From assembly GCA_034667685.1 (NCBI GenBank), contig JAXDQU010000089.1, positions 1 to 64,000 on the forward strand: a DNA stretch of 64,000 nucleotides. Reading direction: 5' to 3'. Positions 47,648 to 55,372 of the stretch are shown here, in pieces. This stretch comes from Thermoplasmata archaeon (GTDB lineage: Archaea > Thermoplasmatota > SW-10-69-26 > JACQPN01 > JAJPHT01). Under the pieces are notes generated by a model. That model was not told where the DNA came from, made no database searches, and saw only the letters and a program-made list of their open reading frames with translations. Each line of letters opens with the position of its first letter. The first letter of the stretch is position 1. The translations under genes were made by a program, and so were the position numbers.

Positions 47648-47764
47648 ATGAAGCTCACCACGCGCGACATCGAAGCCATGGAAAACAAGACGCCCCGCCC
47701 CAACGAGGCGACCCCGACGGGTTGCTACTTCGGGACGGGGTGCTTCCTGTACAGCCTGCACTGA
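47648..47764 (+). CDS. RiPP precursor P1, 38 aa: MKLTTRDIEAMENKTPRPNEATPTGCYFGTGCFLYSLH
   Basis: Hand-translated; GGAGGT RBS at 47635-47640; homologous to P2-P4. Confidence 0.85.
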   Translation: MKLTTRDIEAMENKTPRPNEATPTGCYFGTGCFLYSLH

Positions 47765-47765
47765 T

Positions 47766-47876
47766 TCAGCGCAGGCTGTAGGTGAAGCAGCTCGTGCCGA
47801 AGTAGCAGCCCGTGAGCGGAGGCACGGCGCGGTGGATCGGCGCGTTCTCGATCTCTTCGATCTGGTTCTTGTTCAT
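47766..47876 (-). CDS. RiPP precursor P2, 36 aa: MNKNQIEEIENAPIHRAVPPLTGCYFGTSCFTYSLR
   Basis: Hand-translated; GAGG RBS; shared leader and core motifs. Confidence 0.88.
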   Translation of the reverse strand: MNKNQIEEIENAPIHRAVPPLTGCYFGTSCFTYSLR

Positions 47877-47885
47877 CTCATCGCC

Positions 47886-47999
47886 TCAGATGCGGGTCCA
47901 GACGTAGCAGCCCGTGTGCGGAGGCAGCGTGAAGCTGACGCCGCTCCCGGGGGCCGGTGCGTGCTCGATCGCCTCGATGTCGGAGACCTTCATGGTCAT
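47886..47999 (-). CDS. RiPP precursor P3, 37 aa: MTMKVSDIEAIEHAPAPGSGVSFTLPPHTGCYVWTRI
   Basis: Hand-translated; GAGG RBS; the second Met (47993) is an alternative start. Confidence 0.88.
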   Translation of the reverse strand: MTMKVSDIEAIEHAPAPGSGVSFTLPPHTGCYVWTRI

Positions 48000-48003
48000 C
48001 GCC

Positions 48004-48102
48004 TCAGAGGCGGGTCCAGAGGTAGCAGCCCGTCAGGTAGGGGCCGGCCTGGTTGGGCGCGGCGCGTTCCATCGTCTCGATCTCGGAAGCCTTCAGCGTC
48101 AT
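48004..48102 (-). CDS. RiPP precursor P4, 32 aa: MTLKASEIETMERAAPNQAGPYLTGCYLWTRL
   Basis: Hand-translated; GGAG upstream; core nearly identical to P3. Confidence 0.88.
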   Translation of the reverse strand: MTLKASEIETMERAAPNQAGPYLTGCYLWTRL

Positions 48103-48210
48103 GTTCCAAACACTCCGCCGGTCGTGCCCGGCCGCCTCGCAGACGCCCGGGGCGTCAAGAACGCTGCGGCTGCGCAGCAGGCGGGCTCCTGGATGCGTCC
48201 AGACGGGCCT

Positions 48211-48456
48211 TCAGCATCGCGCCCAGGCATCGGTCTCCACGCGATAGTCCATGAACGTCCAGCCGTACGAGGGGGCCCACTCGCGGACGTGGCGCTGCAC
48301 GTCGGCCGAGGGCCCGGAGAAGTGGAGCTGGACGAAGCCAAGCTCGTCCGCGTCGAGCTGCGTCCCGACCTGCGACCAGGCGCGCGCCACGGCGTGGAAC
48401 GTCCAGGCGCCGCTCGTGGCACCGAGGAGCCCCGGCGCCTCGTGCGCGAAGGACAC
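48211..48456 (-). CDS. Possible small hypothetical protein (~81 aa)
   Basis: VSFAHEAPG...GFVQLHFSG...YGWTFMDYRVE; GC-rich third positions; its start overlaps a repeat. Confidence 0.4.
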   Translation of the reverse strand: MSFAHEAPGLLGATSGAWTFHAVARAWSQVGTQLDADELGFVQLHFSGPSADVQRHVREWAPSYGWTFMDYRVETDAWARC

Positions 48457-48517
48457 AGAGGAACACAGAGGCGTCTTTTCTCGTCCTCTGTGACCTCTGT
48501 GTCCTCCGTGGCTGGAG
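48451..48517. repeat. Family B palindromic element, copy 2 (partial, reverse orientation)
   Basis: Matches the reverse complement of the 36885-36975 element with few mismatches. Confidence 0.8.
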
Positions 48518-48533
48518 TGGAGCGCGGACAAGA

Positions 48534-50150
48534 TCAGGCAGCGGGCAACGCGAACGCGAACGTGCTCCCCATCCCGAGCCCGTCGGACGCCGCCCAGATC
48601 CTGCCCCCGTGCTGCTCGACGATGCCGCGGCTGATGTAGAGGCCCAGGCCCGTCCCGGAGCGGGACTGGCCCGCGCGGTCGTGCACCTGGCTGAAGGGGC
48701 GGAAGAGGCGCTCGATCTGGTCGCGCGAGAGGCCCGCGCCGGTGTCGGCGACGCGGACGACGACCTCGTTCCCCTCGCGGCGCGCGCTGACCTCGATGCG
48801 GCCGCCCGCGGGCGTGAACTTGATCGCGTTCCCCACGAGGTTGAGGAGCACCTGGGCCACGCGCGCGGCGTCGGCGCGGACGCGCAGGCCGGGCTCGGCG
48901 CGCGCCTCGAGCTTCACGCCCGCGAGCCGCGCGGCCTCGGCGAAGCTCTCGACGGCCTGCGCGACGGCGAGCGGCACGTCCACCTCGGCGGGGTTCATCG
49001 AGAGCTTGCCCGTCTGCACGCGCGAGGCGTCGAGCAGGTCGCGCACCATCAGCGAGAGGTGCTCCACGTTGCGGTTGAGCACGTCGACGCTGCGGCGCTG
49101 CTTGTCGGAGAGCCCGCTGTCGGAGCGCAGCAGGTGCGCCTGGAGCTTGATGGGAGTGAGCGGCGTGCCCAGCTCGTGCGCGGCGTTGTTGATGAACTGC
49201 GTCTTCATGGCGTCCAGCTCGCGCAGGCGCTGGGCGGTGGAGCGCTCGGAGACGTCGCGGATCGCCACGACGCGCACGCTCCGCCCCTCGTGGGGGAGGT
49301 CGCGCGCGGTGATCTCGGCGTCGAAGCGCGTGCCGTCGCGCCGGCGCCCCTTGACCTCGTAGGGCGCGTCGTCGCGGCTCGCGATGCGGTGGCGGATCGT
49401 CTCGTGGTCCTCCGGCGCCACGATGTCGAACGCGGTGAGGCCCGCCACCTCGTCGGGCCCGTAGCCGAAGAGGCGCGCGAAGGCGGCGTTGGCCTCCAGG
49501 ATCGTGCCGTCCTCGTGGATCGCGACGCCCTCGAACGTGGCGTCGGAGAGACGGCGGAAGCGCTCCTCGCTCTCGCGCAGCGCGTCGGCCAGGCGCCGCA
49601 TCTCGATCTTCTCCTCGGTCTGGCGCACGCTCTCGCGCGCGAAGAGGGCGCCGGCCGCCGCGGTGAACATGATGTACGCCTCGCGCACCACGAGGTCGCT
49701 TGCGTGGCCCCCGGCGCTGCCCAGGAGCGTGATCATGAGCAGGTCGCTCGCGCAGTAGACCGCGGCGGCGAAGAGCGTCTCCAGCCAGCCGTAGCGGAAG
49801 GCGACGGCGGTCGTGCTCACGAGCCAGAGCGGATAGAACGGCGAGTGGAGCCCGCCCGTGACCGCGAGCCACACGCTGATGAAGACGGCATCGAGCGCCG
49901 TGGTGAAGTAGCTCGACGCGAGGACGGGGAAGCGCTTGTACGGCTGGAAGGCGACGACGCCGATGCCGTAGGCGTTCGCGAGCACGATGACGGCGTACGC
50001 CAGCGCCGGCGACGTGCCGTCCTTGGGCATCAGGAAGGCGTAGACGAGCGAGTTGAGCAGGATGATCGCAAAGCGGAGGCCTGCGAGCGCCCGCTCGGCG
50101 GCGTACGCCTTCTCGACGGCCGCCTCGTCTTCCCTCACGGCGTCGCGCAA
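48534..50150 (-). CDS. Membrane PAS-domain sensor histidine kinase
   Basis: About 5 TM segments, ESEERFR-PAS, AAHELGTPL, NLVGNAIKF, DTGAG, GTGLGL; TTG start with GGAGG chosen (ORF is open to 50207). Confidence 0.93.
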   Translation of the reverse strand: MRDAVREDEAAVEKAYAAERALAGLRFAIILLNSLVYAFLMPKDGTSPALAYAVIVLANAYGIGVVAFQPYKRFPVLASSYFTTALDAVFISVWLAVTGGLHSPFYPLWLVSTTAVAFRYGWLETLFAAAVYCASDLLMITLLGSAGGHASDLVVREAYIMFTAAAGALFARESVRQTEEKIEMRRLADALRESEERFRRLSDATFEGVAIHEDGTILEANAAFARLFGYGPDEVAGLTAFDIVAPEDHETIRHRIASRDDAPYEVKGRRRDGTRFDAEITARDLPHEGRSVRVVAIRDVSERSTAQRLRELDAMKTQFINNAAHELGTPLTPIKLQAHLLRSDSGLSDKQRRSVDVLNRNVEHLSLMVRDLLDASRVQTGKLSMNPAEVDVPLAVAQAVESFAEAARLAGVKLEARAEPGLRVRADAARVAQVLLNLVGNAIKFTPAGGRIEVSARREGNEVVVRVADTGAGLSRDQIERLFRPFSQVHDRAGQSRSGTGLGLYISRGIVEQHGGRIWAASDGLGMGSTFAFALPAA

Positions 50151-50243
50151 CGACGCCTCCCCGCAACAACCCGCCGCATCACCCGATGCGGTCGTTCCCC
50201 ATCCCATTTAATAGAGGGCGGCCCCCATGTTCGAGCGAGCACC

Positions 50244-50747
50244 GTGCCGACCGCCGATGCCCACGCTCCAAGCCCCGAGGACGTGCGCGATGCCGCGCAG
50301 CGCCTCTTGGCGCGCCGTCACGCGCAGCGCGCGCGCCCCACGTTCGGCGACGAGGCCGACGCCGCGCTGCTCGCGGCCCTGCGCGCGCGCCCCGACGAGG
50401 CGCAGGCGCGCGAGGCGGGCCTCCGCGTCGGGCGCGAGGTCTACGCGCGCCGCTGCTACGAGGACAACGTGCCCGGCGCCGTCGCGATCCTCTCCACGAC
50501 GCTCCTGGCCTCGGGCCTGGGCTCCGTCTCCGTCGAGTCCTGGTTCCATCGCCAGGGCGTGCTCGCGTTCCGCCCGCTCGACGAGCGCGACGCGGCCGCG
50601 GCCTCCTCCTACGTCTCGGGGCTCCTCGCGGGATATCTCGGCGAGGCGCTGAATTGCCGCGCTGAGGCGCAGGCGCAGCCCGGGGCGCGCTTCGCGGTGC
50701 GCCTGCTCGAAGGGCGCGACGTCAACCACGGGAGGGCCGCCGCGTGA
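50244..50747 (+). CDS. V4R/H-NOX-like domain protein
   Basis: AGLRVGREVY, SGLGSV, YVSGLLAGYL, RFAV pattern typical of V4R folds. Confidence 0.6.
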   Translation: MPTADAHAPSPEDVRDAAQRLLARRHAQRARPTFGDEADAALLAALRARPDEAQAREAGLRVGREVYARRCYEDNVPGAVAILSTTLLASGLGSVSVESWFHRQGVLAFRPLDERDAAAASSYVSGLLAGYLGEALNCRAEAQAQPGARFAVRLLEGRDVNHGRAAA

Positions 50748-51118
50748 TGGACCACGCCTCGCGCGTCGACGTCGCCCTCGCCGACCTGCTCAAGCACGAG
50801 GGCCTCACCGGCGCCTCGCTGATCAGCCGCGACGGGCTCTGCGTGCGCGCCGCGGGACGCTCGGAGGTCTCGCGGGAGACCTTCAGCGCGATGAGCGCGA
50901 CCCTCATGGGCGCCGCCGAGATCGCGCTGCGCGAGCTGGACAACGCGCCCGCGCGGTCCATCGTCGCGGCCACGCCGAGCGCCTGCATCATCATCGTGGG
51001 AGCCTCGCGCGAGATGCTCCTCGTCGCCTCGGCCCGCGCGGACGTCCCGCTCGCGCCGCTCGTCGCGCGCGTCGAGGAGGCGGCGCGCGGCCTGGCCAAG
51101 ATCCTCTCGGGTGCCTGA
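50744..51118 (+). CDS. Roadblock/LC7 (MglB-like) protein
   Basis: GASLISRDGL, ETFSAMSATLMGAAE. Confidence 0.9.
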   Translation: MMDHASRVDVALADLLKHEGLTGASLISRDGLCVRAAGRSEVSRETFSAMSATLMGAAEIALRELDNAPARSIVAATPSACIIIVGASREMLLVASARADVPLAPLVARVEEAARGLAKILSGA

Positions 51119-52296
51119 TGTCGAGCGTGGAGGCGGTGGGGGTCCCCCAGCTGGAGCGGCTCATCTGCCCCATGCCCGAGCACAGCTCCGTCCTCTTCGT
51201 CAACGATCCGGGCGTCGAGGCCGAGGCGTTCCTCTACCAGGGCGCCTACGCGCACCTCTCCGCGGGCCGGCGCGTCGTCTACGCCGTGACCAACCGCGCG
51301 CCCGAGAGCGTGCTCGCCGCGATGTCGGCGCTGGGGCTCGACGTCTTCAGCCACAAGGAGCAGCTCATCTTCGTCGACGCGTTCGCCGCGCACATGGCGC
51401 AGCCCTCCAGCGCGCAGCACGTCGTGCAGCAGCCCTCGAACCCGCTCGACTTCGCCCGCACGCTGGAGGCCGCCGCGCGCGAGGCGCCCGACGCGATGCT
51501 CGTGGTGGACGGGCTCTCGACGCTCGTCGACCAGGCCGGCCCCGAGAAGTTCGAGGCCGCCTGGCCGCGCATCCAGGGCGCCATGGCGCGCTTCCGCTGG
51601 TCCGAGTCGCTCTTCACGAAGTGGCCCTACGGCGAGGGCGTCATGCGCCTCCTCGACGACTTCGACGCGGTGGTCACGCTCAAGGGCGTCGAGGACCGCA
51701 TCACCATCTCGCAGTACTTCCGCGTCGAGCGCGCGCGCTGGCGCCCGGACGTCGACACGAAGCCCCGCCTCTACCGCGCGCTCAAGCCCGGCGGCGTCCA
51801 CGTCTTCATCCCGAAGATCGTCATCACCGGCCCCTACAACGCGGGCAAATCCTCCTTCGTGCACGCCGTCTCCGACACCGCGGTCTCGGTGGACGAGCTG
51901 GGCACGACCGTCGCGCTCGACCACGGCCGCGTCACCATGGAAGGCCTCACCGCCGACATCTTCGGCACGCCCGGCCAGTCGCGCTTCGACCCGATCCTGC
52001 GCGTCGTCGCGGGCCAGGCGCTGGGCGTCGTCGTCGTGGTCGACAGCACGAAGCCCGAGTCGTTCGCGCGCGCCGCCGAGATGATGGCGCTCACGTGGAA
52101 GCAGGGCCTCCCCGGCGTCGTCGCGGCCAACAAGCAGGACCTTCCGGGAGCGCTCTCCCCCGAGGAGATCGCGAAGACGATGACCATCCCCAAGGGCATC
52201 CGCGTCGTGCCGTGCAGCGGCCAGGACCGCGAGAGCGCGCGGCGCGTGCTGCGCGAGCTGATCGACCTCATCCTCGCCCACGTGGTGAGCGCGTGA
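51118..52296 (+). CDS. Fusion of a degenerate KaiC/RAD55-like domain and a small Ras-like GTPase (MglA/CvnD-like)
   Basis: N-terminal part: no Walker A Lys (NDPGVEAE), LIFVDAF, VVDGLS. C-terminal part: GPYNAGKS, TTVALDHG, GTPGQ, NKQD, CSG. Confidence 0.88.
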   Translation: MSSVEAVGVPQLERLICPMPEHSSVLFVNDPGVEAEAFLYQGAYAHLSAGRRVVYAVTNRAPESVLAAMSALGLDVFSHKEQLIFVDAFAAHMAQPSSAQHVVQQPSNPLDFARTLEAAAREAPDAMLVVDGLSTLVDQAGPEKFEAAWPRIQGAMARFRWSESLFTKWPYGEGVMRLLDDFDAVVTLKGVEDRITISQYFRVERARWRPDVDTKPRLYRALKPGGVHVFIPKIVITGPYNAGKSSFVHAVSDTAVSVDELGTTVALDHGRVTMEGLTADIFGTPGQSRFDPILRVVAGQALGVVVVVDSTKPESFARAAEMMALTWKQGLPGVVAANKQDLPGALSPEEIAKTMTIPKGIRVVPCSGQDRESARRVLRELIDLILAHVVSA

Positions 52297-53087
52297 TGAG
52301 CGGAGCCGGCGCCGGGCCGGGCCTCGGCCCCAGCGCGACGAGCCCGGGCGGCGCGCCCGCCCCCAAGGTCGAGACCGGCGTGCGGCGCCTCGACGACCTG
52401 CTCGAAGGCGGCGTGCCTCCGACCAGCGTCACGCTGCTGTACGGCCCGCCCTTCCTCGGGAAGGAATTGCTATCGCGCCTCTTCCTGCTCCAGGGGCTGC
52501 GCCAGGGCGTGCCCGGCATCCTCGTCCTCACGGGGCAGGCGACCAGCGACGCGCGCGCCCAGCTCGCGCAGATCGACCCCGCGTACCCCGGGTACGAGCG
52601 CCAGGGGCTCATCTGCTTCGTCGACACGTACAGCAAGTCGATCGGCGCGGAGGACGACTTCGCGCAGGCCGAGTACGTGGACGGCCCCGTCAACCTCAAC
52701 GCGGTCAGCCTCGCGGTCAACAACGCGCAGCGCCGCATCATCGCCGAGCACGCGACGCACCGGCTCGTCTACGACAGCGTCTCGACGACGACCACGTACA
52801 CCAACGCGCAGACGACGTTCCGCTTCCTCCAGGTGCTCGTGGGCAAGGCCAAGCGCGCGGGCGCGACCACGATGCTCCTGCTCGACCAGGGCATGCACAC
52901 GGACGCCGAGGTGCAGACGTTCAAGCACCTCAGCGACGGCATGATCGAGGTGCGCGCCGAGGGCACGAGCAACTTCCTGCAGGTGGCCGGCATCGGCGTC
53001 ACGGAGAACCGCGGCTGGGTCGAGTACCGCTTCACCGAACGTTTGTTCGACGTGACAGGCTCGTTCTCGGCCGGGCGGATTCGCTGA
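52296..53087 (+). CDS. KaiC/RAD55-family ATPase
   Basis: VETGVRRLDDLLEGG, GPPFLGKE, FVDTYS, LVYDS, DGMIE. Confidence 0.88.
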   Translation: MSGAGAGPGLGPSATSPGGAPAPKVETGVRRLDDLLEGGVPPTSVTLLYGPPFLGKELLSRLFLLQGLRQGVPGILVLTGQATSDARAQLAQIDPAYPGYERQGLICFVDTYSKSIGAEDDFAQAEYVDGPVNLNAVSLAVNNAQRRIIAEHATHRLVYDSVSTTTTYTNAQTTFRFLQVLVGKAKRAGATTMLLLDQGMHTDAEVQTFKHLSDGMIEVRAEGTSNFLQVAGIGVTENRGWVEYRFTERLFDVTGSFSAGRIR

Positions 53088-53094
53088 TTCTTCT

Positions 53095-53255
53095 GGGCAA
53101 GGGCACGGGCAAGTCCCATCCCGACGCTGTTTGCCGGCGCGCTCATTTCCCAACACCGCGCATCCGAGGCATCCGCGGATTCCGGGATTCTCGGTGTTGG
53201 GAAGGGAGCGCCACGAAGACGAGCACGGTGGAGGAACTTGCCCTTGCCCGTGCCC
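53095..53255. repeat. Dispersed palindromic element (family G), copy 2, between convergent operons
   Basis: Outer arms GGGCAAGGGCACGGGCAAGT / ACTTGCCCTTGCCCGTGCCC; core matches 10116-10180. Confidence 0.78.
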
Positions 53256-53260
53256 GCGGG

Positions 53261-54472
53261 CTACAGGAAGCCCAAGCCCAGGATCGCGATCGCGACGAGG
53301 ATCGCGGAGTGCTTGAGCCCGGCCTGGAAGTTGCCCTCGCTCATCACGCCCACGACCATGCCGCTGCCCAGCGCCTGCACGAGGCCGACGCCGAAGTAGA
53401 CGTAGCGGAAGTCGGTGAGCGTCATCTGGTGGCTCACCAGGAGGCCGCCGCCCGCGAGGTTGCCGCCGATCTGGCTGGTGCTGGTGAGCACGCTGGGGAT
53501 CAGGAGGCCCTGGAGCGCCGCGGTGACGGCGAGGAAGACGCCGAACGCGACGTAGACGACGATGACGTAGAGGCGCATCGCGGCGCGGCGCTCGGCCTCC
53601 ACGGCCTTCAGCTCGCGCGCGTCGCGGGCCGCCGCTGATAGCACGTCCTTGACGTTGCCGCCGGCCTGCGTGGCCTTGATCATGAGCGCGACGGAGCGCG
53701 TGACGAGGGGCGTGCCGACGCGCTCGGCGAACATGCGCAGCGCGTCCTGGAAGGGCGTGCCCCAGCTGACCTGGTGCGCCATGCGGCGGACCTCGTCGTT
53801 GAGGCGGCCGTAGTCGCCGCGCGCCGCGACGCGGATCGCCTGCGCCATCGTCATGCCCGCGTTGTGCGACTCGTTGAGGTCGCGCAGGAAGTCGGGGAAG
53901 CGGTCCTCGATCTGCTGGATGTTGCGGTCGCGGACGAAGCTGAAGTAGGCCGTGGGCGCGCAGGCGAGCAGGATCGCGACGCCCGAGAGCAGCGGCGCCG
54001 TCATCGGGCGCGTGGCGGTGGAGAAGGCGCGGTCGAACGCGCCGCCCCAGACGAGGAACGAGAGCCCGACCACGACGACGGCGAGCGGGATCGTGATCAG
54101 GAGCGTCGTGATCTCGGCGGCCGCGGCGCGGTTGTCGAGGCCGAGGCTGCGCGCGCGCTCGTAGAGCCTGGGCGCGCGCGAGGCGACCAGCGCGGCCATC
54201 GCCATCGTGGTGGCGGCGCCGATGAAGAGGAGCGAGAGGTCCCAGGGCGTGTGCGCGCCGCGGCTCGGGTTCGTGAGGATGCCCACGCGCACGAGCACGA
54301 CGATCGCGATCAGGAGCGCGGGGATCAGGCCCAGGAAGAGGTAGACGGTGCGCGCGGTGCCCGTGGGGCGCGTGGGCTGCGGCGCCTGCTCGACGGCCTC
54401 GCGCACGAAGGGCGGAAGCGGCTGCACGGGCAGCTCGCGATCATCGTGGTGGATCGGGGGGATCGAGGTCAA
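53261..54472 (-). CDS. Type IV pilus membrane platform protein (T2SS-F, TadC/ArlJ-like)
   Basis: IEDRFPDFLRDL...AGM, DYGRLNDE, WGTPF, AGG. Confidence 0.9.
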   Translation of the reverse strand: MTSIPPIHHDDRELPVQPLPPFVREAVEQAPQPTRPTGTARTVYLFLGLIPALLIAIVVLVRVGILTNPSRGAHTPWDLSLLFIGAATTMAMAALVASRAPRLYERARSLGLDNRAAAAEITTLLITIPLAVVVVGLSFLVWGGAFDRAFSTATRPMTAPLLSGVAILLACAPTAYFSFVRDRNIQQIEDRFPDFLRDLNESHNAGMTMAQAIRVAARGDYGRLNDEVRRMAHQVSWGTPFQDALRMFAERVGTPLVTRSVALMIKATQAGGNVKDVLSAAARDARELKAVEAERRAAMRLYVIVVYVAFGVFLAVTAALQGLLIPSVLTSTSQIGGNLAGGGLLVSHQMTLTDFRYVYFGVGLVQALGSGMVVGVMSEGNFQAGLKHSAILVAIAILGLGFL

Positions 54473-54475
54473 GGC

Positions 54476-55372
54476 TCACCCCTCCGGGGCCATGTTCTTG
54501 AGCACCCACGAGAACGCGCCGTGCGTGAGCGGCAGGAGCAGGAAGACGAGCAGGAAGAGGAACGTCTGCGACGTGCCCGTGGAGCGGCCCACGACGAGCA
54601 TGATGCTGAGCATGACGAGCATGAAGAGCGGGCCCGCGATGACGACCGTCACGTAGGATTCCGCGAGCACGCCGAGCCCTTCGAGGAACTCGCGCTGCAC
54701 GCGGCGGTTCTCCGTCATGTACTGCTCGGCCTTGCTCGCGAAGTAGGCCTTGAGGTCGCCCCCCGAGAGGATCGTGGTCTTGGCGCCCTGCAGGAACTCC
54801 TGGAAGCGCAGGCTGGGCGAGCGCCCGATCGCGCGGCTGATGGCGGTGACGAGGTCGATGCCGAGGAGGTCCACGTCGCGCACCATCCACGCGACCTCCT
54901 TCGCCACCTCGCCGTAGGTCGTCTCGCGCGCGAGGTCGCGCAGCAGCACGGTGGGCACGACGCCCGCGCTCGACATCGCGGCGATGAAGTTCACCGCGTA
55001 GGGGAGGTCGCTGTCGATGCGGCGGCGCCGCTCGCCCGCGCGGTAGTCCGGATAGACCTGCAGCCCGACGTAGGTGGAGCCCGCGAGCATCACGGGCAGG
55101 ATGATCATGACCGCGGCGATCGCCGTGCTGGGCGGGCCCGACGCGACGGCCGTGAGCCCGAAGAGGAGGAAGACGAGCACGTAGCCGCCCACGAGCACGA
55201 GCAGCGTCGCGAGCCACGTGAGCGCGACGAACGCCTCGGGCAGCATCGCGATGTGCGCCTGCTCCAGCGAGAAGCGGAGCTTGTCGGCGCGCGCCGCGCT
55301 GCGCCGGGCCGGGGCGCCGAAGAGCGCGAGCGCGACCCGGACGAAGCCGTCGGCGTTGCTCTCACGAGGCAA
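54476..55372 (-). CDS. Second type IV pilus platform protein (T2SS-F)
   Basis: IDSDLPYAVNF, YGEVAKE, LGIDL, RSPS, SGGDL, LAESYV. Confidence 0.9.
   Translation of the reverse strand: MPRESNADGFVRVALALFGAPARRSAARADKLRFSLEQAHIAMLPEAFVALTWLATLLVLVGGYVLVFLLFGLTAVASGPPSTAIAAVMIILPVMLAGSTYVGLQVYPDYRAGERRRRIDSDLPYAVNFIAAMSSAGVVPTVLLRDLARETTYGEVAKEVAWMVRDVDLLGIDLVTAISRAIGRSPSLRFQEFLQGAKTTILSGGDLKAYFASKAEQYMTENRRVQREFLEGLGVLAESYVTVVIAGPLFMLVMLSIMLVVGRSTGTSQTFLFLLVFLLLPLTHGAFSWVLKNMAPEG

Noticed and set aside
47575-47703. N-terminal extension of the kinase ORF (track start 47703)
   Set aside because: It overlaps precursor P1 on the opposite strand; kinase-like sequence begins at VELTLAGAVPWL (GTG 47574).
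47880-48035. Direct repeat CATCGCCTCAGA.GCGGGTCCAGA.GTAGCAGCCCGT as a CRISPR or att site
   Set aside because: Only two copies, explained by the paralogous 3' ends of P3 and P4.
47832-48639. Plus-strand track ORFs (140 and 241 aa) over the precursor region
   Set aside because: They are antisense shadows of P2-P4 and the kinase end, with no motifs.
51118-53087. Circadian clock (kaiABC)
   Set aside because: Single-domain KaiC-like proteins with no KaiA or KaiB.
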